Assembly (NCBI GenBank): GCA_030704615.1 | Contig: CM060732.1 | Coordinates: 43,462,001 to 43,526,000 of the forward strand | Direction of reading: 5' to 3' | DNA: 64,000 bases | DNA from: Takakia lepidozioides | Lineage: Eukaryota; Plantae; Bryophyta | Shown here: positions 25,860-36,193 of the stretch, in pieces | Layout: each line of letters opens with the position of its first letter | Numbering within the stretch: position 1 is the stretch's first letter | Notes under the pieces: model-generated | What the model saw: only the letters and a program-made list of their open reading frames with translations | Database searches by the model: none | Told to the model about the DNA's origin: nothing | Position numbers and translations under genes: made by a program

Positions 25860-27179
25860 TGAGAGCATTTGCACCGCTTCACCCCAAAGGCCATGCCAAC
25901 GACACTCTTCCAAAAAACTGAGTTCCAATAGTAGCAGTTGTGGGGGCCATTTCTGGAAATATGGTGTCAAGTTAAATAAGCACAGTGTGAAAACAGCTAG
26001 AATAAAACTAGTTATTTGTATTTAACACTTGGATTTAGGTCAAGTGTTAAATCAGGTGTCAAGTTTAGTTTGACACCTGGTCCGTCTTATCTTCACGAGA
26101 GCGGCAGTCGCGCGCTCATCTCTCTCTTTCTCGAGTTGAGCCTGCGCGACCGAGCTCCTGCATGTGTTTAGATTTGAGTGTGCTTATGTAGGGGTACAGG
26201 TTGTTGTGGGGTGGAGTCCCCATAGCTTGGGGTGCCCCTGGCTCGACTACTATTTCTAAGAGTGATGGTTTGGTTTTCATGTTTTGTGTCAACAGTGTGT
26301 TCGTTGGATTTCTATCACTCGAGAAAGATGCTCTCTTACCTGTGAGTGCAAGGTAGGAGTTGAGGGTTAGCACTTGCAAGATTACCTGCGTATAAGTAGT
26401 GATTAGTTTGAGAAGCATATCATTGAATGTGACCACAAGATTCAGCGTGCCCTGAAACGCCTGGAGGATGACGATGCCAGAGCCGCCATTGTTATTGCAG
26501 TTGCTGAAGCTACCAAGTCACTAGAGGCTTTGGGGTACACAAGGAGATACTTAAAAATGCAGCAGCAAATGCTAGTTGGCACCTATGCATGATCCTTGAA
26601 GCTGGATGATCGTTTCACCAGTAAGCTTATAGAGGAGCTCTTCTGGTCTTGTGTGTCATGTCTGAAGGCTTCATTGCATACCACTGATCCTCTTTCAAAG
26701 GAACAACCGCTTGACTGTCCAGGCTTTGCAGAATCAGAAGCTTGAAGTCACAACGAACGATGATGATGATGTGGAACAGTGGGTGGAAGCTTGTCTTCCA
26801 AATTTTTGGCAGCAGATGACACTGCAGCGCGGAAAAGGCTTTGCTCGGAAGAAGGCTCTGATCCAACTAGTTGTGTGTATCTGTGACTTGGCAGAGGACT
26901 GGGCATAAATGACATTTGGTGGGTCTCAAAAGTGGGTCCACATCTGAACGTTGTCACTTGGGGCTGCAAGTTATCGTGATTCAGGGGTGACTCTAACTGA
27001 ATCACCATTGACAAGGACAGTAGTGGCAAGTGCTGTTTAGGGAAGACACCACTGTGGACGACTTGATTCATGTGATAGAAGGCTAAATACAGCAGTGGTG
27101 GGACTAGCCAACAACCGACAAGGCAATCCAGCATGCAGTACCTGGACAGTTTTTTTTTTTTTTTTCAAAATGGATTGCA

Positions 27180-27740
27180 GGGATATCAGCAGATGAGAAG
27201 GCAAGACTGCTACACTGTGTTGTTGTAGGTGGTGGTCCTACAGGGTGGAACTCAGTGGTGAGCTCAGTGACTCATCAGGAGAGACGTCTACGGCTAGTTC
27301 GGCCATGTGAAAGATTTTATCCATGTCACACTTATTGAGGCAAAGGAGATTTTTTTTTCATCTTTCGATGTTCGACTCCGGGAGTACGCGACCAGGCACC
27401 TGATCAAGGGTTTGGAGGGATAAGCTGGAGGGTCTTAAACACATAACTGTTTTCAGACTGGGGTAAAGCTGATGCAAGATGTAGTCAAGGATGTTCTGCC
27501 AGACAAATTAGTGCTTACGGATGGGACGGAGGTGCCATACGGGCTGCTGGTTTGATCAATGGGTTTGGATCTTCTTCCTTTGTCCACTCCTTACCTGTGA
27601 AGAAGTGCCCTGGTGGAAGCTTGGCAGTTGATCCAGTTACTAATGGAAGCCCTACCGCAACAAAGAGTGTTGCTGAGAGACAAGGAAACCTGGGCAAATC
27701 TTTGAACAAGCTGGCACAAGCAGGTGGTGGTCAGGCTGGG
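27180..27740 (+). pseudogene. Captured fragment of an NDA-type alternative NADH:ubiquinone oxidoreductase gene
   Basis: Translation across frameshifts: [75 protein letters not shown]. Intron acceptor remnants are present. Confidence 0.88.
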
Positions 27741-28520
27741 GTCCTTTTGTAGATATTCTGTGGGCCTTTAATGAGCAAGTGATCCAACCATACTCTAAGC
27801 TCAGGCGTTGAGCAGCCTTACAGGTGAATCTATAGGGTCCCGTGGGAACAATTTCTGCAGCTACACAGGTGTGTTAGTGGCCTAAGAACAGCTTAGAAAT
27901 GCTTCAGTGCAAGCCCTGGAAATTGTGGCGTCAATGCCCGTACACGATGGCAACGTTGAGTCAATCATATTCATACACCAAGTGTCTGGTGAGTTCACAG
28001 TCTCCCACTCCATGCTTTCCTGCAACGGGCATTGGCGTACCTGCATCCTGAGTGCCCAGGGTGTACTGATCTGAAGCCTTCTCACGTTCTCCTTGACAGA
28101 AAGGCCAAGACCCGCATCACGACCTTCACATCCCACGCACTACCACAGCATAAGAGCACAGAACGAGAGGAGGGGTGAATCCAGACTGTGAGAACTACAT
28201 GAACATGTGGGAACCCGAAGATAACCAGGGAACAGGAACCAAGACAAATATTTTTTTTTAAAAAAAAAAAAAACCTTTTGATCTAATTTAAATGATTTAA
28301 AGCCTTGGTCATATCTTTGTCAAATGGACTCTGTTTGACTCAGTTTTTGGGGGATAGCTGGAAAGGGAAATCTACCTATCTAGACCTGGTTTTTGTTTTT
28401 GGGACTCTGCTAAAAATCTATGGAATTTTTAGAGTGTGAGTGTGCCATGAAAGATCCACAATCTGTTCTAGAACCTGTGCTGGTCTATATGAGAGACAAA
28501 TCTGTGGATGTACTCCTTGC

Positions 28521-29270
28521 ATGGCTGGGGGAAATGAGGACGTAATTGAAGGGCAGGTCTCTTCTCTTAGCCTGTGCACACAAGGGGACAGGATTTATGT
28601 TTCCCAAGGAACTCAGACTGATTTGAGTGGAGAACAGTTGGACGAGTTGATTGCATACTGGGAGTCAGGCATTAGCAGTAGACAACAGACTGCTGTAGTT
28701 GGCATTGAGGGCCTCAATATCGCCTTGGACAGTCAGAACTCTGTTGGAGCCAGCAGTTCTGCAGCTGTAGGTGAAATACCAAAGTGGGTGAAAGCTAGGC
28801 TTGGAACACAGCCAAAGACAGCCCCGGGGACCAAGGTGTTCAGCCACAAGGCCGTGGTGTACTGGAGCAGAGGAGCAGGAGCTACACAAGTTTGTGCAAT
28901 CAGACATGGTTGCAGCCGGATACGCTCTGCACAGGGCAACCACGAGCGGGGGTTCATCAGCAATGACATGTTTGTTGTGCGTGAAGGAGATGCAGTCATT
29001 CGCAATGAGGACACCCGCAACCGTCTCAAAGCTTTCGAGTTGAGAGACTATCAGACCCTACCTTTGTTTTCTTTAGTGTTCAGTGAGCGGGAGATAGGGG
29101 AGTATTGCTTTGTCTCTACCTGGCAGAAAGAGGAGGAGGGTTGGTTAGAGCGAGCTACTGTAGCTTGGGACAAGGTTAGTGGCAGGTTTCTGGACATAGA
29201 TATACCTCCTACACCTTACCATCATGCAGAGCGAGGCACTTTGAGAGAAGTCTGGCAGTTGATAGCATAG
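28521..29270 (+). CDS. Orphan 249-aa ORF upstream of gag, function unknown
   Basis: Uninterrupted ATG..TAG ORF with globular-looking composition. No motif recognised. Confidence 0.5.
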   Translation: MAGGNEDVIEGQVSSLSLCTQGDRIYVSQGTQTDLSGEQLDELIAYWESGISSRQQTAVVGIEGLNIALDSQNSVGASSSAAVGEIPKWVKARLGTQPKTAPGTKVFSHKAVVYWSRGAGATQVCAIRHGCSRIRSAQGNHERGFISNDMFVVREGDAVIRNEDTRNRLKAFELRDYQTLPLFSLVFSEREIGEYCFVSTWQKEEEGWLERATVAWDKVSGRFLDIDIPPTPYHHAERGTLREVWQLIA

Positions 29271-29789
29271 ATCAGGATTAGATCTTGCTTGGTCGGGCTT
29301 CTATTCTTCCCCTCCATCTCTGTACTATTTTCATTACCTTGTACTTGTACTAGTTGCCAAAGCCTCTCTTGGTGGAGGCCAGTCAGTCCGGGGTTTTGGG
29401 CTGGGATATTCTGCAGGATCAGCATTGCAGCTGGATTTTGGTGTGGGGGTGTTGATGTTTTGATTTCTTGTGTTTGGATCCCCCCCAACACCTGCATGCT
29501 TGACTGTGCGCCATGTTGGTTTTGTGTGGGCGCTTGCTTTCATAGGGATTAGGCCGGATTTGATCACCGGTCAATCCTAGAGTATGCTGTCGGTGAGGCT
29601 GGAGTGATGACCAGCAAGACCACCAGTGTTTCTTCTATGGTGAGGCTGGGTTGATGACCAGCCAACCATAGGAGTTCTTGCGGTGGATGCAGGTGCAGGT
29701 GCCCTGAGCCATTGGGATATGACCCTTAAACTGCAACAGGTGCCCACCCGTGTCACTATTAGATTAGTACTAGAGCCTTATAGTGTCAC

Positions 29790-31300
29790 GTGGAGGAGGT
29801 GCACATTGTGAGTGTCATTACGGAGTTACCCAAGGGTTTTGAGGGGAGTACGGCTACAGGCAGTAACAGTGAGAGTGGGTTCACAAGACGAGGTATTCGG
29901 TTCAGACCACCTTCACCGCCACCCTCAATTACTGTAGAGTCAGACACAGACTCGGAGGCTTCATCAACAGGTGTGCACTTTCATTCGCCATTGTTGTGGG
30001 ACGACATGGAGGAGATGTATGGAGCTACCAAGGGGCCTCGTAGGTACTCTGGAGCTGTGGGCACAATCGAGTTGGATGACTTTATCCAGGAGTTCGACAG
30101 CTGGTGTGATTTGCAGCAGATGCGCAATCCACAGCTATTCACCCCATTCATGGCGTGGAAGGGACTGTTCCAGCATTTGGAAGGCCCGCCTATGGACGAT
30201 TACCACGAGTTCAGGCGAGGACATGAAGCAGAGATTGAGGAGTGGAGGATGTATTGGTCACCTGACTACGTCTCCATTACTCGAGGCACGACGCGACCAG
30301 TAGCTGCATCAGTACCAATAGCTCCCACTGCCAGCACTAGTAGTGGAGCAAGTAGTGCTGGTACTTCTGCAGGTGGTACCAGTTCAAAAGGTGCTACTAC
30401 TCCTCCTGCCACAACTACAACACATGTGCCTAGATTCAACCCGGTGGTGGAGTTCTTCCAGGAGTTGCGGAGGAACTACCAAGGTGTACGGACAGAGAAG
30501 CTGCGAAGTTTGCAAGACTTCCAGCGCAAACCCAGTGAGAGCCTGCGAGAGGCGTACACTCGTATGAGGCGCTTGATAAGTGTGACCCAAGGGGTTACTG
30601 AAGCTCAGGCAATCCAGTTTTGGTATGGAATTCTGGACAAGGAGCTCAAGAGAAGGGTGCGAGATGCAACCCTGTTACAAGCAGCCCAACCCACATTAGC
30701 AGATGTTTTTCTGCTGGCTGAGCGGATTGAGCTCAACATGGTGGAGAGCGAGTTGTTACAATTGGATTTGGCAAGGACATGCCTGTACGGGGCACAGCTG
30801 TCAGCCCACAGCACAAGGGACTGCCCAACAGCGTGGTCAGGGGGGCAAGGTTGCCCAGCCCAAGTTCCATGGAGCTTACAGGGGACCTCAGGTGCAGAGG
30901 CCCGTGGCATCTTTTGCAGGCCAACAGCAACCAGGGTGATATGTTGGACATGTGGAGGACCCCATGTCAAGAGAGATTGCCCAGAGAGTGGCAGAAGGCC
31001 GGCACAAGCACAGCCTGCACAGTTGCAGTGTGGGCATTGTGGCAAGTATGGGCATGGAGATGCCCAGTGTTATGACTTGCATCCTGAGTTGCGCCCAGGC
31101 CAGTTCCAAGGGAACAATGGTGGCCGGGGGCGAGGTGGACCAGCCCAAGAGGACGAGGTGGTCGGGCACGAGGTGCAGGCCAAGGGCAAGCTCAACATGG
31201 CCAAGGACGCGGAGGTCAGGGTGTTGACCAAGGCATGGCCAACCGGCTTCAGCAGCTAGAGCAGAGGCTCGCTGCCATGGCTATAGCTCAGGCGGTACCG
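29790..31300 (+). pseudogene. Gypsy gag (ATG at 30006), frameshifted
   Basis: Capsid-like FQRKPSESLREAYTRM, Zn knuckles CWTCGGPHVKRDC and CGHCGKYGHGDAQC, RGG-rich tail. Confidence 0.88.
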
Positions 31301-31922
31301 CTCCCAGGCGGGATGGTCCACCTCCTGCTCCTGAGGGAGGAGATATGGGAGGCATGGGATTTTGTGCGGAGCAGCACTACCACTAGAGCAGGTGGAGTCT
31401 GCTGCAGCCGTGACTCGAGGAGCAGCACGAGTTCCTGAGCCACGAGGTGCAGAGGTGGAATTGGATCCACAGCGTGGGGAGGCAAGCCGTCAGGCAAGGC
31501 TTCCTCAGTCATTCACATTGGCGGAGACTGTGTCGACGCCATCCATGGCACCTAGTTCTCGCCCGACTGTTACCGAGGCGGAGGTTACTATGCCATTGGG
31601 GAGAGCTACACGTGCAGCACTGACACCTGCTGCCAAGGCTAGTGCGGCCGGTGTTTTTTGGGGGCAGCCACCTCTGTGTGTCAAGCCCCACTGTTTCTCG
31701 CAACAATGATTGCGACGCCGGGGTGAGACCAGCTGCAGTGTTCAGACTAGCAGCAACACTCTGTGAGAGTGGGGAGGTCACTTCATCTTCTGCGGAGTTA
31801 GTGGAAGGTGTAGTGGCAGAGGGATCCTCGGATTTGAGGGTCAAGACTGCCACGGCTGCGCCATGGCAAGCTGCAGCTGCCAGGTTGACGGAGCTGCCAG
31901 CTAGGCCAGCCTTGAGCGCGCC

Positions 31923-32400
31923 ATGGTGACACCTGGAGTTGTCTTGTTAGACAACCAGGGAGGCATTTTCACTTTGAGTGGACCGGCAGGCAAGAACCGG
32001 CCACTGCGGGTCTTGTTGGACTCAGGAGCTCAGCCACTGATGTTGGGCAGAGCTGCTATTGCAGGTTTGGGCCTCATGGAGGCGGATATGGAGCCTTGTC
32101 CTTTCCAGATACAGACATCTCTGGGAGGATCAGAGCAGGCTCGCGGCATGACACGGCATCAGTTGGCTATTAGACTGCAGCCGGATCATCCTGTAGATGG
32201 CTCAGTGATGCGAGCCAAGGCCATTGTGACAGACGCGGTCTCTTACGATGTCCTCGTTGGTGGGGCAGTGTTATACCCCATGGGCTTCACCCTGGATTTC
32301 TGGGAGGAGTCAGCATCCTACAGGCCTGGATGGCAGTCAGGGGATGGTCGCCGTGCACAGCTCCCTGTGACATTCATTGGGGGTATTGCAGCTGCCCAGC
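31923..32400 (+). pseudogene. Retroviral-type aspartic protease
   Basis: RVLLDSGA active site and downstream YDVLVG motif. Confidence 0.85.
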
Positions 32401-32725
32401 GGGGCAAGATGCCAACACTAGCCGCCTTCACAGCTGCAGTTAGTTGGCCTGGAGAGTTGCTGGAAGGCAATGCCCATGCAGAGGATGTGCCACCTCCAGC
32501 AGCAGGATGACATGCATGGTACGGCGGAGTTGCCTGCCATGGTTGCTCACACTCCGTTGTGGGGTACGAGCAAGGATTTGCAGCAAGCTGCTGATGGACG
32601 GGTGCAACAAGCTTGGGAAGAAGCTTTTTGTACCGTCAGGAGAGGAGGAGAGTGCGGTGATTGCACCAGGGCCACCTCAGTTGTCGCCATTGGACACCAC
32701 ACCTCTTGTGTGGCAGCGGCCGGAT

Positions 32726-33690
32726 GAAGGCATTTGCCTTCTGGACTTGTTTGGCGGGATCAGCACCGGATTGGCTGCTGTGCTACAGGCAGGTGTGCGG
32801 GTAAGGCGTTACCTGTATGTGGAGAGGGATGAGACTGCACGACGCGTCTCACTGCGCCATGTGGCTCAGTTGGTACAGCAGTACCCTGACTTGTTGCCTG
32901 TGTCTGCAGTTCGTGGATACCAACAAGCCTTGCCAGCAGACATTTCCTTGTTGGGGGCGCAAGATTTGGAGCAGGTTGGCTCCATTGATCTGATAGTGGC
33001 AGGTTGGCCCTGCCAAGGGCATTCATCAGCCGGGCATGGCAATGGATTGCGAGACTCGAGGACGGGTCTGTTTTGGGAGATGGTGCGGATTTTGCGCTGC
33101 TTGCAGCTTCATCAAGCTGTATCTCCAGCATACATCTTGGAGAATGTTGATGGGTGATTCTCGGGCCAGGGTGATGGCCAGTGTGCATCAAGTCCGGTCG
33201 TGGCTTGGGTCAGCAGTGTTGCTGGATGCAGCTGCAGTGGGGTCACGGGCTCATCGTCCACGACTATGGTGGACTAACTTGATGCCACCCGTGCTCAAGC
33301 GTGCATTTGATGGGGTGCAGCGGCCAGCACACCTCACCGTGGATGGCATTTTGGACACAGGAAGGCAGTCTCAACGTGTGAGACACGATGACCGTTTCGC
33401 CTTTGGCAGTGGTCAACAGGGTGGGTCAACCACGAGCAGCATTACCTACACTGCTCAGCTTCCCAGGATCCCATGCTTTTCGGGATGGTGGGACCTGGCC
33501 TCTGTGGGATGCTCAGTTGCAGCAGTTAGTGGAGCCTAATGCCGACGAGCGAGAGCGGGCTATGGGTTTTCCACTGGGACCACGGCGGTGCCTTCTCTTT
33601 CTGAGGCATCACGTCGTCAGGTGTTGGGGCAAGCAATGGATCTCAATTGCTTGACCTGGATTGTCAGCTTGGCTATGGCTGAGCAACGTA
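32726..33690 (+). pseudogene. DNMT3-like C5 cytosine DNA methyltransferase domain within the retrotransposon polyprotein (about 3 frameshifts)
   Basis: Motifs in canonical order: I LDLFGGI, II YVERD, III ADI, IV GWPCQGHS, V DSRTGLFWE, VI ILENV, VII LDAA, VIII AHRPRLWWTNL, IX ERERAMGFP, X RRQVLGQAMDL. Confidence 0.93.
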
Positions 33691-33965
33691 GAGTGCGGAG
33701 TGCACTTCCCTTGACGGTCTCTCTGCCTACCGAGACGGTACAGGCAGCGAGTGGGGGCGAGCCGGTGAGGACCACGAGGTGTAGACATCCATGGCACACG
33801 TGGGAGGTGCTCGAGGTTCAGAGGGAGTTGGCAGCGAAGGCAGCTGTGATGGATGAGGTTGGGGATTCTTCTCGGGATGAGGAGGTTCTCAATGATGAGA
33901 TGATGGGGCAGGATGAGGCCTTGTCATTGACTGAGCAGGAAGGGGGTACTGCTCAAGAGGTTGCA

Positions 33966-33977
33966 GCATAGCAACCA
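33966..33977 (+). promoter_or_regulatory. Putative stop-codon readthrough signal GCA-TAG-CAA-CCA between DNMT and RT
   Basis: TAG at 33969-33971 is in frame with both flanking domains and followed by CARYYA. The same context occurs in the second copy at 36732-36743. Confidence 0.75.
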
Positions 33978-36193
33978 CGGGACGCGTCCTCTACCTCTAA
34001 GCCCACTGGACTTAAGGTTGCAGTTACGGAGGACAATTGGGAGCCTGACATTGGACCCATTGTCACCGGAGGAGAGAGACGACGTATACGGCGGTTCCTG
34101 AGGGCTTACAGGAATTGCTTTGCCTTCAGTTTGAAGGACTTGGGAGCACTGAAGGGTCAAGAGATCCGTATTGAGTTGGCCACTGACACGCCAATCTTTC
34201 GGAGACCCTATAGATACAGTGACATGGAGAGGTCTTTGATTCAGATGAGGACTCAAGATCTCTGGGAGGCAGGTTTGGTGGAGCTCTCTGGTGGAGAGTA
34301 TGCTTCAGCCACAGTGATGCCAGCTAAGAAGGATGTCTATGGCAATTGGACGGAGAGACGTATGTGCGGTGATTACCGGCCTGTAAATCGTCAGACCAAG
34401 TCCGATAGGTATGCCATGCCAACACCAGAGGAGATCTTTGATGCCATTGGGCATTCCAAGGTCTTTAGCACGTTGGATTTACGATCCGGATATCACCAGT
34501 TGCCGATCAAGGAGGCGGATAAGCAAAAGACGGCATTCTGGGGGATCAATGAGCACGGGAAGGATTGCCTATACCAGTGGCGGTTCTTACCATTTGGGCT
34601 TAAAAACGCTCCCGCTGAGTTTCAAAGAGTCATGGACAGGATTCTAGCAGGGGTGGAGTTTGCTCGGTGCTACATAGATGACATCATCATCTTTAGTGCT
34701 ACGGTGGAGGAGCATGAGAGACACCTTCAGGGGGTATTTGAGCGCTTGAGGACGCACGGATTGAAGTTACATCCGGGCAAGTGCAAGTTTTTCCACAACC
34801 ATTGAGTATCTGGGTCACATGATATATCCTGGAGGATTGGGGGTACAGCAGACTAAGGTAGAGTCCATTGCACAGGTTCCACGCCCCACGGATGTGAGCC
34901 GAGTTCGAGCTTTCATGGGGTTAGCAAACTATTACAGACGGTTTGTTAAGGGATTTAGTGCCATTGCAAAGGCTCTAACCAAGCTGACCAAGGTGGACCA
35001 GGAGTGGCAGTGGGAAGATGAGCAAGAACAAGCTTTTCAAGAGCTCAAGGCGAGGTTGACCTCGGCGCCCATCTTGAGACGACCTATCAGGGGCGTCCTT
35101 TTCAGCTGCATACAGATTGGAGCATGCTGGGGCTTGGAGCGGTGCTCACACAGGTGGATGATGAGGGAAGAGAGTTCGTAGTGGCTTATGCTAGCCGCTC
35201 GAACAATGCTGCAGAGTCTAAGTATAGCTCATATGAGGGAGAATGCTTAGCTGCAGTGTGGGCCGTGGCACACTTCAGGTGCTATCTATACGGCAATCTC
35301 TTCACCCTTGTCACGGATCACCAACCACTCAAGTGGTTGATGGAGTCAGACAAGCTTACGGGGAAGCTTGCACGGTGGGCACTCATCCTTCAAGAGTATG
35401 ACTTTCAGGTGGTGCATCGACCGGGTTTGGTCAATCGAAATGCAGATGGGTTGAGTCGCAATCCATGCACGAGCCAGCAGGATGACACTGGAGCTCGGTG
35501 GCATGGTGAGACGGACGAGGAGATGGTGCCCGGATGGCATGCATCTGCATTTCTGTGTATCTTGGCAGCGGAAGGCCAGGTTGGACCTACAACAGGGATG
35601 ACTGTAGATCAAGTGTCTGAGGACCCTGAGGCCAGCAATGAGCAGGTGGCGCCAAAGATATACATGAGGATTCAGTTGTGTTGGACTACCTCCGCAGTGG
35701 AGACACGGCAGCCACTATGACTGCCAAGGAGAGGGATCGGATCCTACAACGAGCCAAGAGGTTCAGGTGGGAGGGGACACACCTGCTCCGAGTGTGGGAG
35801 GATGGTCGAGTGAGGATTGTGCCTCACCCAACACAGCGGGCACGGTTAGTGCGGCATGCCCATGAGGAGTTGGGGCATTTTGGGGTGCGACGCACTCATA
35901 GTCTACTGCAGGGGCAGTATTGGTGGCGTGGTATGCACACAGAGGTGCAACAATTTGTGGCTAGGTGCATGGTGTGTGACAGGGTGCGTGCTTCATTCAA
36001 CGCCCCTACTCCACAATTGCACCCTCTTCCGATCATGGGATTGGGCTACAGGTGGAGTCTTGACTTCGCAGGGCCGTTGCCACTGACCATGCGCCACAAC
36101 AAGTACGTGTTGGTGATGGTGGAGCACTTCTCCAAGTGGATTGAATTGGTTCCATTGCCTGATAAGGCTAGTGAGGGAGCTGCGTATGCATTC
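33972..36193 (+). pseudogene. Gypsy RT, RNase H and integrase N-half (copy a)
   Basis: RMCGDYRPVN, LDLRSGYHQL, LPFGLKNAP, YIDD; HTDWS..GLGAVL, YEGECLA, TDHQPL; HHCC (HAHEELGH..CMVC), LDFAGPLP. Confidence 0.92.

Noticed and set aside
32726-33690. Bacterial restriction-modification Dcm or contamination
   Set aside because: The domain is embedded in a Gypsy polyprotein in two copies, has DNMT3-like motifs, has no endonuclease partner, and sits on a contig with spliced plant genes.
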